Notes under the pieces: model-generated
Told to the model about the DNA's origin: nothing
The model's database searches: none
Seen by the model: only the letters and a program-made list of their open reading frames with translations
In this document: positions 1 through 8,700 of the stretch, piece by piece
How positions within the stretch are numbered: the first letter of the stretch is position 1
Layout: every line of letters starts with the position of its first letter
Source of the DNA: a bacterium
GTDB taxonomy: Bacteria; UBA10199; 2-02-FULL-44-16; DYJF01
NCBI GenBank assembly: GCA_041739675.1
Contig: JBGSNL010000032.1
Location: forward strand, 1-16,595
Direction of reading: 5' to 3'
DNA: 16,595 nucleotides
Position numbers and translations under genes: made by a program

Positions 1-195
1 CTCCAGAAATGACGGGTGCGTTGTGATCCCCATATCGGGTGGATAGGCGCCAAGCATGTTGGGTTTCAGAAGACAGGTTTTGCCGCGAACCGATTTGGTG
101 TCGAAGCCGATGAGGTTTAAGGCGTCCGAAAAGACCGTCAAAAGTGCTGCGACGTCGTAATCAGCGCAGCGGAGAAGACCTACGGTGTGAGCCAT
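1..195 (-). CDS. DUF362 domain-containing protein (5' part only; runs off the left edge)
   Basis: Not in the ORF track; translated by hand from ATG at 195: MAHTVGLLRCADYDVAALLTVFSDALNLIGFDTKSVRGKTCLLKPNMLGAYPPDMGITTHPSFLE. The LLKPN...TTHP pair is the DUF362 N-terminal signature. Confidence 0.85.
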   Translation of the reverse strand, partial: MAHTVGLLRCADYDVAALLTVFSDALNLIGFDTKSVRGKTCLLKPNMLGAYPPDMGITTHPSFLE

Positions 196-202
196 AAAAA
201 TC

Positions 203-243
203 TAGTTACCCTATTGCGGATTCTGGGTCAATCGCGCTATATG
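203..243. promoter_or_regulatory. Overlapping divergent sigma70-type promoter candidates for the DUF362 and DUF4416 genes
   Basis: Minus strand: TTGACC(231-226)-17 nt-TAACTA(208-203)-7 nt-ATG(195). Plus strand: TTGCGG(214-219)-18 nt-TATATG(238-243)-6 nt-ATG(250). Neither gene has a Shine-Dalgarno. Confidence 0.5.
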
Positions 244-249
244 ACTTTT

Positions 250-780
250 ATGGACAATGCGAAGTCAAAACCGATCGTTGCAATTTTATCGGCAAGAGAG
301 GGTCTCCTGGGCGAGATTTTGTCTTCACTCAATGCCCGCTTCGGCAAAGAAGATCTTGTAGGGCCATGGCATCCGTTCGTGCATACGAATTATTATGCAC
401 CGGAGATGGGAGATAATCTTCAGCGCTGCATCGTCTCTTTTGAAAATAATATTTCGGCGGACGGACTTCCAAAACTCAAGATGTGGACCAAAGATATCGA
501 AGATAAATACCGCGTTGGCGACAAACGCACCGTGAATCTCGATCCCGGTTACGTCGATCTCCACAAAGTTGTCCTGGGTTCGGCCAAGGGCGGCGGGCAC
601 ATGATCATGGTGGGGGAAGGTGTCTATGCCGACATGCTCTTATATTACAACAAAGGCTGGCAGCCGATGCCCTGGGCGTACCCCGATTTCAAAGACGGGA
701 CGTATTCCGAAGAACTCGAAGAGATTAGAAAAATATTCAAATCCGGTCTTCACCGCACCGTGGCAAATGCGGGGCGCTGA
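250..780 (+). CDS. DUF4416 family protein
   Basis: Motifs TNYYAPEMG, RTVNLDPGY and PWAYPDF match my recollection of DUF4416. Start moved from 187 to ATG 250 (ATG 241 also possible) because the longer ORF would overlap the divergent gene start and promoter. Confidence 0.8.
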   Translation: MDNAKSKPIVAILSAREGLLGEILSSLNARFGKEDLVGPWHPFVHTNYYAPEMGDNLQRCIVSFENNISADGLPKLKMWTKDIEDKYRVGDKRTVNLDPGYVDLHKVVLGSAKGGGHMIMVGEGVYADMLLYYNKGWQPMPWAYPDFKDGTYSEELEEIRKIFKSGLHRTVANAGR

Positions 781-3065
781 AGGGTAAAAAGACTCCGCAA
801 TGTATTTGCAGCCGACGACGCCGGCCTCCTGCACAAAAATCCGCCGGAAACAATAGCTCTTTGGCGCGCTCTTGCGATATAAGCGGAGCGAGCGAGCGGA
901 ATCTCCACTGTTCTTCTGGCACCTTGTGAACCCGACGACACCTCGTTCGGATCGAAAGTGCCGGTTACCGTGCTCCCGCCCCCTTGCGCGGCCGGGCTGC
1001 CGTTGTTACCATTTTCACCGTTCCCGCCGGAACCTTGTCCATTGTTGCGAATTGCGCTTCTTGTGTCGACGCCCAGGCCCGCATTTATTTCAACCCACAA
1101 CTTTGCAAATTGTTCGAGACCGAGGGCATCTTTCTTTTCGGAGTCGAAATCCTCCCAGTCATCGATCAACGATTTTGCTCTCTGTTCGAGAATCCCGGGA
1201 TATGAACGAAGAGAGGGGTTCTTCTTTGCAATTGCGTCCATCATCTCCGCCAGACGGATATCTTTATAAACTGTCTCATCATTTTCGGCGTACTCCCAAG
1301 ACGTCTCCGCCTGCGCCATGTCGTAACGCTCGGACGTGCCGACCTCGAAAGAGGATTTTGCAATTCTCACAAACGAAGCCGGCAGGTGTCTTGAATCATC
1401 CCGCCTTCCGAATATCCTGCGCAGATTGATATTAGGAGGTGGGTTTTCCCAAACTGCGTTGAGACGTTCCGCTCTTGCATTGACGATTGAAAAGTCGAGT
1501 CTTTGCAGTTGAGGATTGAGTCTCAAAAGCTGCGCATAGATCGGCGCGAGCTTTCGCACATTGGCCATGTTTATACGCTGCTTCATGGCACGAATTTGCA
1601 ACTGCGGCAACTCGTCGGCGTTGATGCGCAAAGGGCTTTGCATAAAAATGTTCAGTTGCTGTTCGACCCCGTAACTGTTCCACTCTTCGGTTGTCATAGC
1701 TGCAGCATACATCCCCATCTCTTCAGTGAAATGCTGATCGGTCAAAAACTGTCTTCTCACGCCTTCGAGCGAGATCGCGGCATGGTGTCCGAAGATTTTC
1801 GACTCCGCTATTATTTTTTTGACCTCCAGCGCGAATTCCGAATCCGGCGACTCCTTCAACTCTTTCTTTATTCTGGCCAGCGCGGATGACCTTAGCTTAC
1901 TGACCATGTCGGGCGTCAAATATTTCGCGGCAACATACTTTATATGGCTGTGCGGCAGGTAACCGAAGAAAGGCCTGCTGTCCGCATGAAGCATCTGTTC
2001 AGCCGACTCTCGCTGTTTCTGAAGCCTTTCATCCCATCTGTCCACTGCAAGCAACGCGATGAACAACTGGACGAGTTCATTTTCCCTCATGAATATTTCG
2101 CTTTGCGCTGCCAAGTTTTCAAGTGTGATTCTTTCCCTGCGGTCCAAACTGGGATTTACCAATGCTTCATCGGCCTCCTGTCTCAATGCGCCGAACTGTG
2201 AGATGACGACCGACAGTTCGGGATTCCCCCTCAACGGATCGTTGGTGGGCTGAAATATCCTGATCTCGGGGTTCGTCTCGCGCAGCCTTCTTCTGCCCTG
2301 CGTCTCCTGGGTCTGACCTGTTCCGGTTGCATTCTGCGTCTGTTCGGCCCCGCGGTTTTGCTGTGGAGCCTTCTTTCTGAATATTTGGCCGGTGAATATA
2401 GATTTTGCCAATCTGCCGATTTTCACCAAGACATGGCCGAAGAAATACTTGATATTCTCGATCCCGCCTTCGAACGCCTTCATCAAATTCTTGGTGGCCG
2501 CGTTGAGCTTCGTGATCACGACGGCGAGTTGATTCACTACGCCTGCAAGGGCCTCCAGAATTTTTGTAAGAATGCCCAACTTATTAAGAAGATAAAGCGC
2601 GCCTGCTGTGGCACCGGTTATGATGCCAGGGATGCCTAATTTTTGGAGCCAGGAGGGCTCCTCATCGGGCGGCGGCGGCGGCTGGGTTCCTTGTGGGGGC
2701 GTCGCCTGGGCAAACGAGGATCCATTTTTTTCCCTGCAGCGATCATCGATGAGCTGGGCGACTTTTTCCTTATTATCTATAGCCAGTATACAGGTATATG
2801 AATCTGCGGCAACGCTGCGGGCGAGTATGTTCTGAATAAAAAGATTTTTGTCCGAATCTGAAAGGTATCTGCACTGCGGCGCATTGTTGACGATCGATTG
2901 CATGTCCTCAACAAGTGTGGCGCAGTCGTTTTTGGTAAACCAGTCTATAGGATTTTCCGAACAGGAAGAATCGTCTGAGCAATAAGTGCCGCTCAATGGA
3001 TAGATATAAGGCCTGATCGTGGGGAGCCACCCCTCATCGACGAGGCGAGATTCTGGTATGCCCAT
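750..3065 (-). CDS. Orphan paralogue A (771 aa), predicted membrane-anchored hypothetical protein with conserved C-terminal motif
   Basis: Long ORF with RBS AAAGGAGG (3077-3070). Six Cys in the N-terminal region, then PPQGTQPPPPPP, a hydrophobic stretch LGIPGIITGATAGALYLL, a helical body, STVTGTFDPNEVSSG (930-974) and an Arg-rich tail. No recognisable family. Confidence 0.85.
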   Translation of the reverse strand: MGIPESRLVDEGWLPTIRPYIYPLSGTYCSDDSSCSENPIDWFTKNDCATLVEDMQSIVNNAPQCRYLSDSDKNLFIQNILARSVAADSYTCILAIDNKEKVAQLIDDRCREKNGSSFAQATPPQGTQPPPPPDEEPSWLQKLGIPGIITGATAGALYLLNKLGILTKILEALAGVVNQLAVVITKLNAATKNLMKAFEGGIENIKYFFGHVLVKIGRLAKSIFTGQIFRKKAPQQNRGAEQTQNATGTGQTQETQGRRRLRETNPEIRIFQPTNDPLRGNPELSVVISQFGALRQEADEALVNPSLDRRERITLENLAAQSEIFMRENELVQLFIALLAVDRWDERLQKQRESAEQMLHADSRPFFGYLPHSHIKYVAAKYLTPDMVSKLRSSALARIKKELKESPDSEFALEVKKIIAESKIFGHHAAISLEGVRRQFLTDQHFTEEMGMYAAAMTTEEWNSYGVEQQLNIFMQSPLRINADELPQLQIRAMKQRINMANVRKLAPIYAQLLRLNPQLQRLDFSIVNARAERLNAVWENPPPNINLRRIFGRRDDSRHLPASFVRIAKSSFEVGTSERYDMAQAETSWEYAENDETVYKDIRLAEMMDAIAKKNPSLRSYPGILEQRAKSLIDDWEDFDSEKKDALGLEQFAKLWVEINAGLGVDTRSAIRNNGQGSGGNGENGNNGSPAAQGGGSTVTGTFDPNEVSSGSQGARRTVEIPLARSAYIARARQRAIVSGGFLCRRPASSAANTLRSLFTLQRPAFATVR

Positions 3066-3091
3066 AGAACCTCCTTTGCCCCCATCCAGCC

Positions 3092-3123
3092 AAAAATAAG
3101 GCCCTCCGCACTTGGAGGGCCCC
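3092..3123 (-). terminator. GC-rich stem-loop with U-tract just upstream of the orphan A RBS (intrinsic terminator/attenuator, or 5' leader hairpin)
   Basis: Minus strand GGGGCCCTCC-AAGTGC-GGAGGGCCTT followed by ATTTTT: 8 Watson-Crick pairs plus 2 G-U pairs. The hairpin is certain; its function is not. Confidence 0.5.
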
Positions 3124-3131
3124 CAATAAAG

Positions 3132-3160
3132 GCCTTATTTGAATTAGCGACCGTAGTCAA
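3132..3160 (-). promoter_or_regulatory. Candidate sigma70-type promoter of orphan A
   Basis: TTGACT(3160-3155)-17 nt-TAAGGC(3137-3132), 66 nt before ATG 3065. Same geometry as the candidates for orphans B and C, but a weak -10. Confidence 0.35.
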
Positions 3161-3455
3161 TTCCCAATCCATACGGCGCCTCCTGTTTCTTCGTTTCACT
3201 CAGGTTTGCGCCATCCCCAGAATGGGCAGCAGGGGTTTCAGCTTATCACGTGAAATTTTCCGGGTTATGACGCGGGATATCAATGAGAAAAAATCGGGTG
3301 TGTATTTTACCACCCATTTGCATAAAACGTGCTGAAAAAAAGGATCGGAGGCTGAGGTATTTTCAACCCGTGATAATTGAAGGAATATGGACGCGGCTGT
3401 ATACTTGGTTCGGCCCAAAACATCTTATCGTGAAGAATGGATTTGCAGGATAAAT

Positions 3456-3839
3456 TCAGTCGGAAGAACTCCCGGCCGTTATCTTTCGAAGGGTCAGTGA
3501 AAGTTGGCCGGCGGACTTATTCCCTTTTTGCTTTGGAGTTTCTACGGCGAAGCGGTCCTGTGCAAGGCCCCTTATTTCATCGACAAGCGATTCACTCGAG
3601 CCGTGATAGCTTCCTTGATATTCTATGAGTCCCTTGCTTGATAAGGTTGGGGAGAGCCTCGTCACCTGCGCGGACCTTTTGAGATTTGTGATGAGATAGC
3701 GCACGTCGTTGAAATTTGCGGCCCCTATAACGGTGACGCTTAAAGGGAGATCTTCCGATAGCTGGGATTCTTGCGCTTGCGCCGCGGCAAGAAACGAGAG
3801 AAGAGCAAAAATTGTGAGGACAAGTGTTTTTATCTTCAT
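3456..3839 (-). CDS. Small exported protein (127 aa) with Sec signal peptide
   Basis: MKIK-hydrophobic core-AQA cleavage motif. The mature part alternates beta and alpha segments, reminiscent of a ferredoxin-like or DUF2066 C-terminal domain (unverified). Start overlaps the upstream stop (ATGA, 3839-3836). Confidence 0.75.
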   Translation of the reverse strand: MKIKTLVLTIFALLSFLAAAQAQESQLSEDLPLSVTVIGAANFNDVRYLITNLKRSAQVTRLSPTLSSKGLIEYQGSYHGSSESLVDEIRGLAQDRFAVETPKQKGNKSAGQLSLTLRKITAGSSSD

Positions 3840-4057
3840 AATGATGAGAGTGAAAACGATTCGACGCGTTCAATTTCTATCATGGCCCTGTCTTCGCCGT
3901 TCGCGATTATAATTGTTCCGTTTTCCACGTCAACGCGTTTCAAAACGCCAGTGTAGAGTATGCCGAAAGCTATGATCTCGACGCGTTTTCCCTTTGCGTC
4001 GATGAGGGCGGCGATGAGAGGATCGTCTTCAATTGGTTCAGCTTGCTTCTTTGCCAT
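3836..4057 (-). CDS. Small hypothetical protein (73 aa), probable Sm/LSm-like beta-barrel
   Basis: An N-terminal helix followed by GKRVEI...GILYTGVLKRVD...TIII...AMIEIERVESF resembles the Sm1/Sm2 pattern. Coupled to the next gene and preceded by its own promoter candidate. Confidence 0.65.
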   Translation of the reverse strand: MAKKQAEPIEDDPLIAALIDAKGKRVEIIAFGILYTGVLKRVDVENGTIIIANGEDRAMIEIERVESFSLSSL

Positions 4058-4063
4058 GCGCCC

Positions 4064-4092
4064 TTAGTAGCGTATCGGCAATTTGAGGTCAA
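4064..4092 (-). promoter_or_regulatory. Candidate leaderless sigma70-type promoter for the 73-aa/127-aa operon
   Basis: TTGACC(4092-4087)-17 nt-TACTAA(4069-4064)-6 nt-ATG(4057); no RBS. Confidence 0.5.
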
Positions 4093-4104
4093 GGAAAGCC
4101 GCTT

Positions 4105-5619
4105 TCAACGCACGGACACTCTGAAAGATGTCGGAGGTGCCACACGCACTGGCGCTAGCGCGAAGGCGCGGGCGCCCAGGAAAGCGCGGTGCGAAACCTG
4201 CGGCGCTCGCGCTCCCCAAAAAACCCTGAGGCTTGAAGCTATTCTGTGGAGCGTACCCTGCGGTGTGCCCGACGCGCCGCCCGACGAAGTTTCATTGGGT
4301 TCAACCAATCCTGTGACCGTGCTGCCACCTGCGGGGGTTGCCCCTCCCGAACCATTTCCGCCGTTCGAGCGGGGTGTCATGGCTGCTGCGGCGCGACGCG
4401 CCAACTCTATGTTTTCATCGGTCAAAGCCAGATCGATTATGTTTTGAGGAAGCTCGCCGTACCTGAAAACACGGGTCAAATCGATGGAGGCTATTCTATC
4501 CTCCTCCAACTGTGTCCGCCAGAAGACGACGGCGGATAAGTAAAGGGCGTGCTTAATCTCGCGCGATTCGTTTTTAAGTGAAGCCTTTTTAACTACGAGC
4601 TGATCGACAATTTTCCCCTCGTCTAACTGAGCGTCTATTTTCGCCGCAATTCGGAGTGCGGCTTCGTCACGGAGAATCTCCCGATTCTTTGCGGTGAGCA
4701 TGTTCTTGGCGAACGCCCTTGCGTAACCCCAAGGCAGGCTGTGCGGCGGCCTCCCCTCTTTATCCAGATAAATGTGGATTCTCTGTGTTATAGGACGCTG
4801 GGCCTCGAATCTCTCGATGGCCAGATCGGAAACATAATTTTCCACTTCGCGCTCAAGCCCTTTGAAGAACTCAGGCGCCTCCGCTCTGAGTTGATCCAAA
4901 ACCTCACCACGTCCCAACTGCAGATTTTCTTTCTTACTGCTGAAAATATTGGCGATGTTTTCCAACGCAACGAAAGCGCCGACAAGCTTGGTGAGCCCCG
5001 CCTGAAATTTTCTAACCGCAATGGCTGCCGCGGAAAGCAGTCCGCCGACGGCGGTCAGGGTAGCGACGACTGCGGTCGTGTTCTCGTCGAGAAAGCTTAC
5101 AAAATCCTCCCACGGCGAAGTGGCAGGCGGTGTCTGCGTTGGGGGAGGGGGTGGAGGATTTTGACCGCTCGCGGGAATTGTCTGTCCCGCCTCGTCATCT
5201 TCATCACCCCGTGCCTCCTCAACACTTCGGCAGAAATCGGAAAGTTTTTCCATTCCATCCACGTATCTGTCTGCGTTTTCACCCGACGGATCGATCTCTC
5301 TCAGGTATGAGACGGGCTCGTGCGTGTGCGGTCCGGTCGGCGCGATGCTTCCAAGCCATCTCAAATAGTCCGCACAAAAATATTCCGTTCCAAGATATGA
5401 ATGCTCCACACCACCGGTTTCGGGGTAATCAAGTTGCACTTGCTCGTGGCCGCCGTCAACCGGCGCAACGGGCCAGTTTTCGCTATTGCTCCCGCAAAAG
5501 GTGTCCGCTCTGGGTTCTGTGAACTCTGCGACGGGGTGATTTTCAACCAGGCTACATATCGGTCTTTGAAGCGCGCAAACGAGATCTTTGTCTGCTGTGA
5601 TTGATATGGGGGTGCTCAT
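4105..5619 (-). CDS. Orphan paralogue B (504 aa), predicted membrane-anchored hypothetical protein with conserved C-terminal motif
   Basis: Start reassigned from 5847 to ATG 5619 (MSTPISI...) because RBS AAGGAGG lies at 5630-5624 and the longer version overlaps orphan C. Five N-terminal Cys, GQNPPPPPP, hydrophobic TAVVATLTAVGGLLSAAAIAV, STVTGLVEPNETSSG (4279-4323) and an Arg-rich tail. Confidence 0.85.
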   Translation of the reverse strand: MSTPISITADKDLVCALQRPICSLVENHPVAEFTEPRADTFCGSNSENWPVAPVDGGHEQVQLDYPETGGVEHSYLGTEYFCADYLRWLGSIAPTGPHTHEPVSYLREIDPSGENADRYVDGMEKLSDFCRSVEEARGDEDDEAGQTIPASGQNPPPPPPTQTPPATSPWEDFVSFLDENTTAVVATLTAVGGLLSAAAIAVRKFQAGLTKLVGAFVALENIANIFSSKKENLQLGRGEVLDQLRAEAPEFFKGLEREVENYVSDLAIERFEAQRPITQRIHIYLDKEGRPPHSLPWGYARAFAKNMLTAKNREILRDEAALRIAAKIDAQLDEGKIVDQLVVKKASLKNESREIKHALYLSAVVFWRTQLEEDRIASIDLTRVFRYGELPQNIIDLALTDENIELARRAAAAMTPRSNGGNGSGGATPAGGSTVTGLVEPNETSSGGASGTPQGTLHRIASSLRVFWGARAPQVSHRAFLGARAFALAPVRVAPPTSFRVSVR

Positions 5620-5678
5620 GATGCCTCCTTGATGCGGGCCGATCGCACCCCCCGGATGAATCGCCCGAAAACACCAGT

Positions 5679-5707
5679 TGTCTAGCGCATTGGGCGCCCA
5701 CCCGCAA
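5679..5707 (-). promoter_or_regulatory. Candidate sigma70-type promoter of orphan B
   Basis: TTGCGG(5707-5702)-17 nt-TAGACA(5684-5679), 59 nt before ATG 5619. An imperfect leader hairpin at 5635-5667 precedes the RBS. Confidence 0.5.
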
Positions 5708-5716
5708 GCGGTTTTT

Positions 5717-8700
5717 CTAGAGTGCAGGTACCGTTGAGACCGCCGGCCGCGCAAGAACGGCGGGCCTGAATACCGAAGCCGGGCGAGCCGTATAGGTCGC
5801 CGGCCTGTGAGCGACCTGTCTTTGACGTCCGAAAAGAATTGAAGCACCAGTGGTCACGGGCGAGCTGTCCATGGGGGCCAAACCGGCGCCGGTTGACAGC
5901 TCTTCAGGATCGAAAACCCCGCTCACCGTGCTTGTGCTCTCTTGTTCCGGCGATGAAGCTCTTTCACTTCCATCGACTGGTTGCCCACCACCCGCGACCT
6001 GTCCGCCCTGTGCAGCAGGTGCGGCGCCGCCGCGAGGCGTGCCGCCGGATCCTTCCCCGCCGCGTTTCTTCGCATCTTCTCGCTTCTCGGCATAATGCCA
6101 CATGAGTACGTCAAGGACGTGCGGATAATGTGCAAGACCCGGGTGTTCCGCAAGCAGTTCCCCTTTGGCCTGTCTTCGTCCGTCGACAAGTATCCCGGAA
6201 TCATAATTTATGTCGAACCTACTGCCTTCTTTGAAATAGAAACCCAGTTCGTCGTTGCGGTCCGCAACGGCCAGCATAAAGTCAGTGAAGAGGGGCGGAT
6301 AATGACCGGACTGTTTGCCACCCAAGGCGTCCTGAAGCGGCCGGGGCATTTTTCCCCAGACCTCATCCAACTCTCTCAATTTCGGATGGGCATATTCATT
6401 AATAAATAGATGCATGAATAAGCGAGGCACTCTGAAAACTCCGTCATGTTCAGAGAAGAATGGTTTTCTGAACGCAAGAACGGCAAGCTGACCCAGGTAG
6501 TTTCCGTTTGTTTCGGTTCCGCCGACGGAAGACGAAGAAAAGATGGCCCTGATTCTGGAGCTCAGATGCTCTTCATCGAGAGTTTCGATCTCATCGGCGG
6601 TATCGCGGAATTGTCTCAAGAAAGGATCCTTCGAGAGAGATGCGGCCTGCTCCCTTATGAATTGGGCATCCGGCGGATCGATCGACCTTCCTTTCAGGAG
6701 GAGCCATCTGAATTCTATGATGCGTGCTATTGTGGGTACGTCCGAGTAATCTAATTCCAGCGTTCGACTGAGCGTGTCACTTATGACCAGCACGTATTGT
6801 ATGTTGTATGACAAAATACCGTAGAGTTGCGCGAACGGACGTGTGCTTAAGACACGATAGTGCGACTGCGCGGGTTGTGCCGGGGATACCGGCCGGCTGC
6901 GCGTCAGCACAGGACGAGATCTCTCCGGCTCGCTCCGCGCCGATTCTGTCGCGGTTGACGTTGCTTCTTGTTGTGCGGCTCTCACAGGAGCCGATTTGAT
7001 GGAGTGCGCCATCGTTTCCTGGCGCTCAGTCGCGATGTGATCGGAGAGCCGTCTGAAAATGTTTCCGTAATGGAGAAGGACCGGATTTCTGTGCGCCAGC
7101 TCGTCATCCACAGCTTTTGCTATTGGCGATCTTGGATCAACAACGCTGCGCGGATAATCGATTCTGATCGGCCTTTCATCTCTTTGCAACATGTGGTCGA
7201 TATCAAGTCCGTGTTTTGCGGAAAGCATCAGCTCTATGAAAAGTGACGGATATTTGTTGCCGCTCTCTATTGTCCCGAGCGCCCTTTGAAGCTCTTCAGG
7301 CATCCTGTTCCACACATCCTGCAATTCTTTCACTTTCCGCAGTGCGAATTCGATTCTGAATAAAGTTACAAATAGGCGGTCAATATTGAAGCGTGAATTT
7401 TGCCTACTGAAAAAGGAACGTTCAAATGCGGACATCGCGAGTTGAGAAAGATACCGCGCAGTTTGAACATCATATGGGTCGAAAGTGATCATGCGATCAT
7501 AAATGAAGCGATGCAAACCTTCGCGGTCTTGAGGTATTTCAACAAGGCCGGGAAATTTATTCCGCAGTGCCCAGGCCTCTTTTATTACGAATACGTCGGG
7601 AGGGATGCGCTCTTTCGAAGACATGTGATTAAGGGATGTGTTCGGGTGCGTCGTTACCAAGTGCAATTGCCAACGGAACATGACGGCTTGCGCTATCGTT
7701 TCTATGTATTCATCCGGAAGACCAATATAGGCAAACTCACGCTTGACCATGTTGGTAAGATAAACATAGGACGCCGGAGAAATATCGAACGCCTCTAGAT
7801 TCATTATATAGCGCGCCGGCTCCGGCGTTTGAGACTCGGTTGACTCCTCGACGCGCGAAGGGGCGGCCACTGAAACTTCAGGTTCGCGGCTGGCACTTAG
7901 AAAAGGAACATCCGACGCGGGAGGGATTGAAAGGATTCCCGATGGCGCCTGCGGTGCCGGCCTTATCCTTGGCGCCGGAGCGTGCAGTCTCGCAAGATAT
8001 CTTTGCGGGATCGGACCGCCTGTGTAGCCGTAATCCTTTTTTTGTGTCTTGTGCGGAATTTTGTTCCAGCCCTTTACAATCTCTTCCGCTCGTTCATCGA
8101 TGGCTTTGAAACCTTTGCGCGCAACTTCAGGCTCGTTTCCCTCAACCCATCTGAAAACATGAGCCAACTTCAAAAGGGGCGGAATTATCTGCGGCCAGAG
8201 TGTTCTTCTATGTGTCCGCGTCGAACGAGAAACTGTGTGAATGAGCCATTGTTCAGATTGCTCGACAATCTTCTGCGAGAGTTCGCCGCCCGGCGTTTGT
8301 TTTCCCACATAGGGGGCCATTCCCATTGCGGCAAAATACGAAATGACGACATCCATATCTTTATCACTACCGATGCCTAACGCTCGCAGCCGCTCACCAT
8401 AAGTTGTCCTATATTGCAGAGCCACCTTCTGAGGGTCGAGCTGAGAATTTGCGGGGAGACCTTGCGGCGTGGCTGGAGTATCCGGCGCCGGGGGAGCTTC
8501 CGAATCCGAAGCGGGAGGAACCACTGAGAACAGTTTGCGCAAACCGGACCATATACCAAGCGGCGCCGGGGCAAAAGGCATGAAAGCATGTGCCCACCAT
8601 GGATCACTCGCACCTGCTCTCACAGTGCTCGTCGTGACGGTTCCTCTTGAAGGAACTGCTCCCGGCTCACCACTTCCTGCCGTTCCCGCACCGCCTGCTC

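Noticed and set aside
187..249. GTG start at 187 for the DUF4416 gene
   Set aside because: It overlaps the start codon and promoter of the divergent DUF362 gene, and family-like sequence begins later.
3173..3214. GCAAACC...GAAA...GG resembling a c-di-GMP-I (GEMM) riboswitch
   Set aside because: The GAAA is not closed by a stem as a tetraloop, and the following GACGCAAA segment and second hairpin with tetraloop receptor are absent.
3066..3455. CRISPR array, tRNA or tandem DNA repeat in the long intergenic region
   Set aside because: No regularly spaced direct repeats and no cloverleaf or T-loop signature found.
3836..4057. Calling the 73-aa protein Hfq
   Set aside because: It lacks the Hfq hallmark motifs (LQD.FL, YKHAI); only a generic Sm-like pattern is visible.
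5620..5847. 76-codon N-terminal extension of the 580-aa ORF in the track
   Set aside because: It overlaps the end of orphan C and spans a promoter candidate; a strong RBS precedes ATG 5619.
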